A stretch of 64,000 nt of DNA, from the NCBI GenBank assembly GCA_964518475.1, contig CAZFGR010000001.1, positions 32,001 through 96,000 of the forward strand. The letters are read 5' to 3'. Of the stretch, positions 59,459 through 64,000 are shown piece by piece; positions within the stretch are counted from its first letter, which is position 1, and every line of letters starts with the position of its first letter. The translations under genes were made by a program, and so were the position numbers. The stretch comes from an uncultured Nitrososphaerota archaeon (GTDB lineage: Archaea > Asgardarchaeota > Njordarchaeia > Njordarchaeales > Njordarchaeaceae). Below the pieces are notes generated by a model. The model ran no database searches. It was not told the DNA's origin and saw nothing but the letters and a program-made list of their open reading frames with translations.

Positions 59459-59656
59459 CAGTATTTCTCCAAAGCGAGAGAGTTGAAATTCCTTACCACG
59501 TATATTTCAATGATAGGAGCCCTAAATGCACGTCTTAGGAATGCTTAGGGATAATGCGAATAAACTTTAGATTATGTAGATTTTTGAGAGTCATACTTAA
59601 TTAGTCAGAGATGATACATTAAGTATAAATGAATGATTAGGCGCTGGGAATCTATG

Positions 59657-59714
59657 CCGATGAAGAGAACAGGCCCCACCGAAAAATCATGAAGAGCCCT
59701 CGAAGGTCTGAGGC
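59657..59714 (+). ncRNA. Box C/D guide sRNA
   Basis: C ATGAAGA (59660-59666), guide GAACAGGCCCCA, D' CCGA, C' ATGAAGA (59689-59695), guide GCCCTCGAAGGT, D CTGA (59708-59711); terminal GCC/GGC stem. Confidence 0.88.
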
Positions 59715-59989
59715 TACTTCGCCTTCGCAGCAGCTTTTACTGTTTTCCACTCAGTGTATCCGCAACGACCACAACTCCATCGATCTGGGTGTTCTGCAAG
59801 GAAAACTCCAGGGCCGCACACTGGACAGAACTTTCGTAATCTAACTAGCTTTCCATTCTCTACTCGGTACAAGTGGGAAATCACAAATAGTTTCTTACCT
59901 TTTATCTCAGCATATGGCTTCTTCTTATGTTTTTTCTTCTTTCCAGCACGCTTTCTTATCCTTTGTTTCTTCTTAACTTTCTTACCCAT
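59714..59989 (-). CDS. rps27ae: 30S ribosomal protein eS31 (S27ae)
   Basis: [24 protein letters not shown] Zn finger; no ubiquitin fusion. Confidence 0.95.
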   Translation of the reverse strand: MGKKVKKKQRIRKRAGKKKKHKKKPYAEIKGKKLFVISHLYRVENGKLVRLRKFCPVCGPGVFLAEHPDRWSCGRCGYTEWKTVKAAAKAK

Positions 59990-60302
59990 TATATTCACCC
60001 TCTTTTTCTTTTAAGATGCCATTCCTAATTAGTATATGCTTTGGCTCAATTTCCAACATTTTCTCCCGCGAATCGTAAACAAAAGCTTCCACAATTGACT
60101 CATTTACACCAAATGGTGTTTTAATATTTCGAATAACTACTAAGTCTTCTGGGATATTTAGTAATTTAGCAATAGTTTCCTTAACAATCTTCCTGGATGG
60201 TGTACCCTGAGCATCATGAACGACGCGAAAGCGATACTCTGTTCTGAATAGCAACTTATTCTCAAATTTAGAGAGCATTTCGACTTTTAAACTCATGACC
60301 AC
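59982..60302 (-). CDS. rps24e: 30S ribosomal protein eS24
   Basis: NKLL.R.E, H...GTPSR, T.FG and EPKHILIRN motifs. Confidence 0.95.
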   Translation of the reverse strand: MVMSLKVEMLSKFENKLLFRTEYRFRVVHDAQGTPSRKIVKETIAKLLNIPEDLVVIRNIKTPFGVNESIVEAFVYDSREKMLEIEPKHILIRNGILKEKEGEYNG

Positions 60303-60601
60303 AACCTCATTGAATTAATTGCGACGACTATAACTAACGCTTTCTAGCATTTTTGTTTTTAATATTAACTATTCCCTTAGCACTGCGGAAGGAGACAGCA
60401 TACCCCGTACTATTTCTGGGTAAGAGGTATAGGTTTCTAAGCGGATTTAGAGCTGATATAGCTGGGGAATTGATTATGATAGATGGAAATGATTTAAATA
60501 CCGCTAGGAGGGAGTTTAAAGGAGATAAAGATCCATCAAGGTTTTAAAGGTAACAATCTTAAAAGATATTACTATCCTTCACGAAATACGGGTGAGTAAA
60601 A

Positions 60602-61937
60602 ATGGCTAGAAAGAAACCACACATAAACTTAGTTATTATCGGGCACGTAGACCATGGAAAGAGCACCACCGTAGGACACTTCCTCTATCTAGTAGGCGCG
60701 ATTGATGATAGAGTAATTAAGAAGTACGAGGAAGAGGCAAAGCAAATCGGAAGAGAATCTTGGAAGTACGCCTGGGTGCTAGATAAACTCGCAGAAGAAA
60801 GAAAGAGAGGACTTACAATAGACCTAGGATACTTCAAATTCGAAACACCAAAGTACATGTTCACAATCATCGATGCCCCTGGACACAGAGACTTCATCAA
60901 GAACATGATTACTGGTGCAAGTCAAGCAGACGCGGCGATTCTAGTAGTTTCCGCTAAAAGAAACGAGTTTGAAGCTGGATATGCTCTAGGAGGACAGACA
61001 CGAGAGCACGCCATCTTAGCTAAGACACTAGGGATCGATCAAATGATTGTTCTCATTAACAAAATGGATGCCGTGAACTGGGACAAATCGGTCTATGAAG
61101 AAATAAAGAACGAAATGCTAAGATTCCTAACAGGCATCGGTTACAAGCCAGACCAAATAAAAGCCGTGATACCTGTAAGCGGACTACTAGGAGACAACCT
61201 GAAGGAGAAGTCTCCTAACATGCCTTGGTATGACGGACCTACACTATACGAAGCCCTCGACCTCCTTGAACCACCCAAACCAATGGTCGATAAGCCGTTC
61301 AGAATGCCCATCCAGAAAGTCTTCAAGATAAAGGGTGTTGGAACAGTAGTAACTGGAAGAGTCGAAACTGGAAAACTAAAGAAAGGAGACCAAGTAATAA
61401 TCCAGCCTCTAGGAAAGCAAACAATCGCACAATCCATCGAGATGCACCACGAACCCCTAGACGAAGCAGTACCAGGAGATAACGTAGGCGTAAACCTCAA
61501 AGGAATATCGGCCGACGAAGTCAAACGTGGTGACGTCATGGGTCATCCCGATAACCCACCAACAGTCGTTGGACCAGGATATGGTACATTCCTAGCTAGA
61601 GTATGGGTCATCTGGCACCCAACAAGCATAAGTGCTGGTTACACACCCGTAATGCATGCGCATACACTACAAGTAGCTACTAGGTTCGTACACTTACACG
61701 CAAAGTACGGACCAAAAGGCGAACTACTAGAAGAAAATCCAAGCTTTATAAAGAAAGGAGAATACGCCCTAGTAGAGCTCGAACCAATCAAACCATCAGT
61801 CATCGAGAAATTCAGCGAATTCCCACCATTAGGGCGCTTCGCTGTACGGGATACCGTGGGGGTTCACGCCCCCACGGCCCGAAATGGGACAGCTAGTGGC
61901 CGTAGGAGTCGTCCAGGAGATCAAGAAGGCGCAATAA
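60602..61937 (+). CDS. tuf: Translation elongation factor 1-alpha; join(60602..61852,61884..61937), 434 aa after intron removal
   Basis: GHVDHGKST, RGLTID, DAPGHRDF and NKMD motifs; the conserved ending GRFAVRD-MGQLVAVGVV is restored only after removing 31 nt. Confidence 0.96.
61853..61883 (+). other. 31-nt bulge-helix-bulge (BHB) mRNA intron in EF-1alpha
   Basis: CGGG/CCCG 4-bp central helix, 3-nt bulges ATA and AAA, inner 9-bp stem CCGTGGGGG/CCCCCACGG; cutting after the 2nd nt of each bulge gives the in-frame junction GAT/ATG. Confidence 0.9.
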
Positions 61938-62201
61938 TCCCAGCGGAGCCAATAATTTCTCTTCCCAGAATTTTACCAATTTTTTCTTTTCCCATTGCTA
62001 ATTCTCTCTAAACTTATTTTTGTTTTTTATGAAAATATTCTGTTGAAGAATTTTGCAAAGCAAAAAGATTAATGCCTATAAGGCTATTTTACTCACTCTC
62101 ACTTGTATAAAATTCCTAGTTTCGATATGAAAGAAAATGTCTTACTTAAGATGAGAGAGAACGTAACCAAGAGTTTTTAGAAAAGGATAAATTAAAGGTT
62201 T

Positions 62202-63008
62202 TTAGACCATTCCTTCTTCAGAGGTCCCCTCTGGTGCTTCTTCGGCTCCTACTTTGCTCCTCCATTCCGCTGCTTTCTTTTTGGCTTCTTCTAGTAGCGG
62301 GAGAATTTCCGGGTCATTAGCTGTCTTTATTACGAATGTTTCGCCCTTTTTTATATACCCTAGCTCTATTTCGTCAGGCTTTATATCTTCTGGGTTAGCT
62401 AGTAATACCGCCGTTAAACCTAGTATAATGGCTTCTTTGAGTTCTATATCCAATTTTCCGCCGTTCTGTTCTACGAATTCTCTAAGGAATTTCTCAGCTT
62501 TGTCTTTGTTGGCCCCGATAGCACCAGCGATCCACCTCATTAAGGCTCCTCCAGGATCTATGTATACCACTTTAGGTCCAGTAATGTCAACTCCTCCTAT
62601 TACTAATCCACAGCCGAAAGGTCGCGCGCCTCCAAATTGGGTATATTGGTGCATCATTTCAGCCACTTCTTGTCCAAGCAGCTCTATGTCGATAGGCTCT
62701 CCATAAACATATCGATATATCTGCGCACGCTCTCTCGCATAATTTATTAGCGCTCTCCCATCTGCTGAGTATCCAGAGAATACCGCACCTACGTGTTCAT
62801 CTATTTGGTAAATCTTCTTGTTTGGTAGAACTAGTACATCCATTTTCCTGCGTCCTAATAGTACAACTCCGTCACGAGCAACAACTCCTACTGAGATTGT
62901 GCCTCTTTGCATGGCTTTTCTAGCATATTCGACTTGTATTATTCTCCCATCTGGAGAGAAAAGAATTGTTGAGCGATCATAACCAGCAAACTGTTCTGGT
63001 CTCCACAC
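62202..63008 (-). CDS. psmA: Proteasome subunit alpha
   Basis: GYDR...FSPDGR..QVEYA, KIYQIDEH, YTQFGGARPFG and DPGG motifs. Confidence 0.97.
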   Translation of the reverse strand: MWRPEQFAGYDRSTILFSPDGRIIQVEYARKAMQRGTISVGVVARDGVVLLGRRKMDVLVLPNKKIYQIDEHVGAVFSGYSADGRALINYARERAQIYRYVYGEPIDIELLGQEVAEMMHQYTQFGGARPFGCGLVIGGVDITGPKVVYIDPGGALMRWIAGAIGANKDKAEKFLREFVEQNGGKLDIELKEAIILGLTAVLLANPEDIKPDEIELGYIKKGETFVIKTANDPEILPLLEEAKKKAAEWRSKVGAEEAPEGTSEEGMV

Positions 63009-63104
63009 TTAAAAAACCTCCCTAGTCCATCATCATAAACTCCTATGGAATTAAGTGAGGATAAAAAACTATATAAAAACTCTACAATACTGAAGAGAAC
63101 ATCT

Positions 63105-64000
63105 TCATCGCGCTAGAGGACCGAGGAATACTCTCTTAAAGAACGGTGTCATTTCTTCTGCATACTTTGTAGCTATCTCCTCATACAAGCTCTTTAATAT
63201 ACTAACTGCTAGAAGTATTCCCGACCCAGATGCGTAGGCTCCTAGAACATCTGCGATACCAGCTACTAAACCTATCAAGACCCCAGATAATGATGCTGCC
63301 GTTCTAATGTAGGGGTCTAGATACCTAGCCATATGAGATTTCGTTCTTCTAACTCCAGGGATGCTCAGATTGGACGCTAATAATTGTTCAGCAATGCGAT
63401 CTGGACCTATTCCCGCTATTTCTACCCAAGTTATTGAGAAGAAATAACAAGAGATTGTCATTAGGATTATATATCCGATTGCTTGATAATAATGTTGCAC
63501 AGACCAAAGTAATCCTTGCGGCGGAACAGTAAAATACGCCAATCCACCAGTAGGGATTGGTCGTCCATTCTCAACTATCCAGCTACCAAGTAATGAAGCG
63601 AAGAAGTTGCCCTCGAATTTGCTCCATATTAACTGGGAAAAGAACATTATGTTAGCGAACAATGCTCCAGCTAAGATAACTGGCACATTAGATGAGTACA
63701 TAAACTTTATCGGATACCTAAACCTAAATCGGTATATACTGCTTTCAACAGGAATCTCAATCGTCATTGCCTCCAAATATATAATGATGATCGCAATACC
63801 GATAGTTGTCAACAATCCCACTAAATCTGGCGCATTATATCTTAGTATGATCTCTCTAAAGCTTCTGTCCTTATCTGTAAGAGTCTGTATTAGTGCAGGT
63901 ATTATACCATAGAAAAGATTGTCATCACTAATACTAACAGAGAACAAAGACCATGCTATTCTACCCGCAACCCCCGCTACTATGAATAATGAAATCCCCG
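63105..64000 (-). CDS. secY: Preprotein translocase SecY/Sec61alpha, C-terminal part (gene starts beyond the window)
   Basis: YPIKFMYSSNVPVIL, GGLAY, WVEIAG, IPG.R and SGSGILLAVSI...YE motifs; frame stays open to the window edge. Confidence 0.95.
   Translation of the reverse strand, partial: GISLFIVAGVAGRIAWSLFSVSISDDNLFYGIIPALIQTLTDKDRSFREIILRYNAPDLVGLLTTIGIAIIIIYLEAMTIEIPVESSIYRFRFRYPIKFMYSSNVPVILAGALFANIMFFSQLIWSKFEGNFFASLLGSWIVENGRPIPTGGLAYFTVPPQGLLWSVQHYYQAIGYIILMTISCYFFSITWVEIAGIGPDRIAEQLLASNLSIPGVRRTKSHMARYLDPYIRTAASLSGVLIGLVAGIADVLGAYASGSGILLAVSILKSLYEEIATKYAEEMTPFFKRVFLGPLAR

Noticed and set aside
61853-62011. 52-aa C-terminal extension of EF-1alpha in the ORF track (469 aa)
   Set aside because: It results from reading through the unspliced BHB intron; the conserved C-terminus is in another frame and ends at 61937
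63020-63045. ATGATGA on the minus strand upstream of psmA as a C box
   Set aside because: No D box at a suitable distance; it lies in the psmA leader

Overview
A 64-kb, gene-dense, low-GC chromosomal segment from an archaeon, probably a thermophile. It carries several eukaryotic-signature proteins, which suggests an Asgard or Asgard-adjacent lineage (inference). Most genes are housekeeping: ahcY, FBP aldolase/phosphatase, RNase P RNA, fibrillarin/Nop5, RtcA, Rpo2, TpiA, a uL22-to-uL5 ribosomal cluster, AOR, pyrEF, eIF6, NOB1, proteasome alpha and beta, EF-1alpha and SecY. There are three tRNAs (Arg-TCG, intron-containing Met-CAT, Gly-GCC) and three box C/D guide RNAs. The main observations are: (1) an apparent archaeal UFMylation cascade, with a UFM1-like modifier and a UBA5-like E1 beside Sec61beta and a UFC1-like E2 about 25 kb away; (2) the UFM1/UBA5 genes share a tightly packed same-strand cluster with a eukaryote-type primase large subunit and an SMC5/6-like ATPase with kleisin-like and KITE-like partners; (3) a 31-nt bulge-helix-bulge intron in the EF-1alpha coding sequence whose removal restores the conserved C-terminus; (4) an ARPC4-like (Arp2/3 subunit) protein and a longin-like protein. 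All homology calls were made by eye against remembered family motifs; no searches were run. No CRISPR arrays, rRNA genes or mobile elements were seen.
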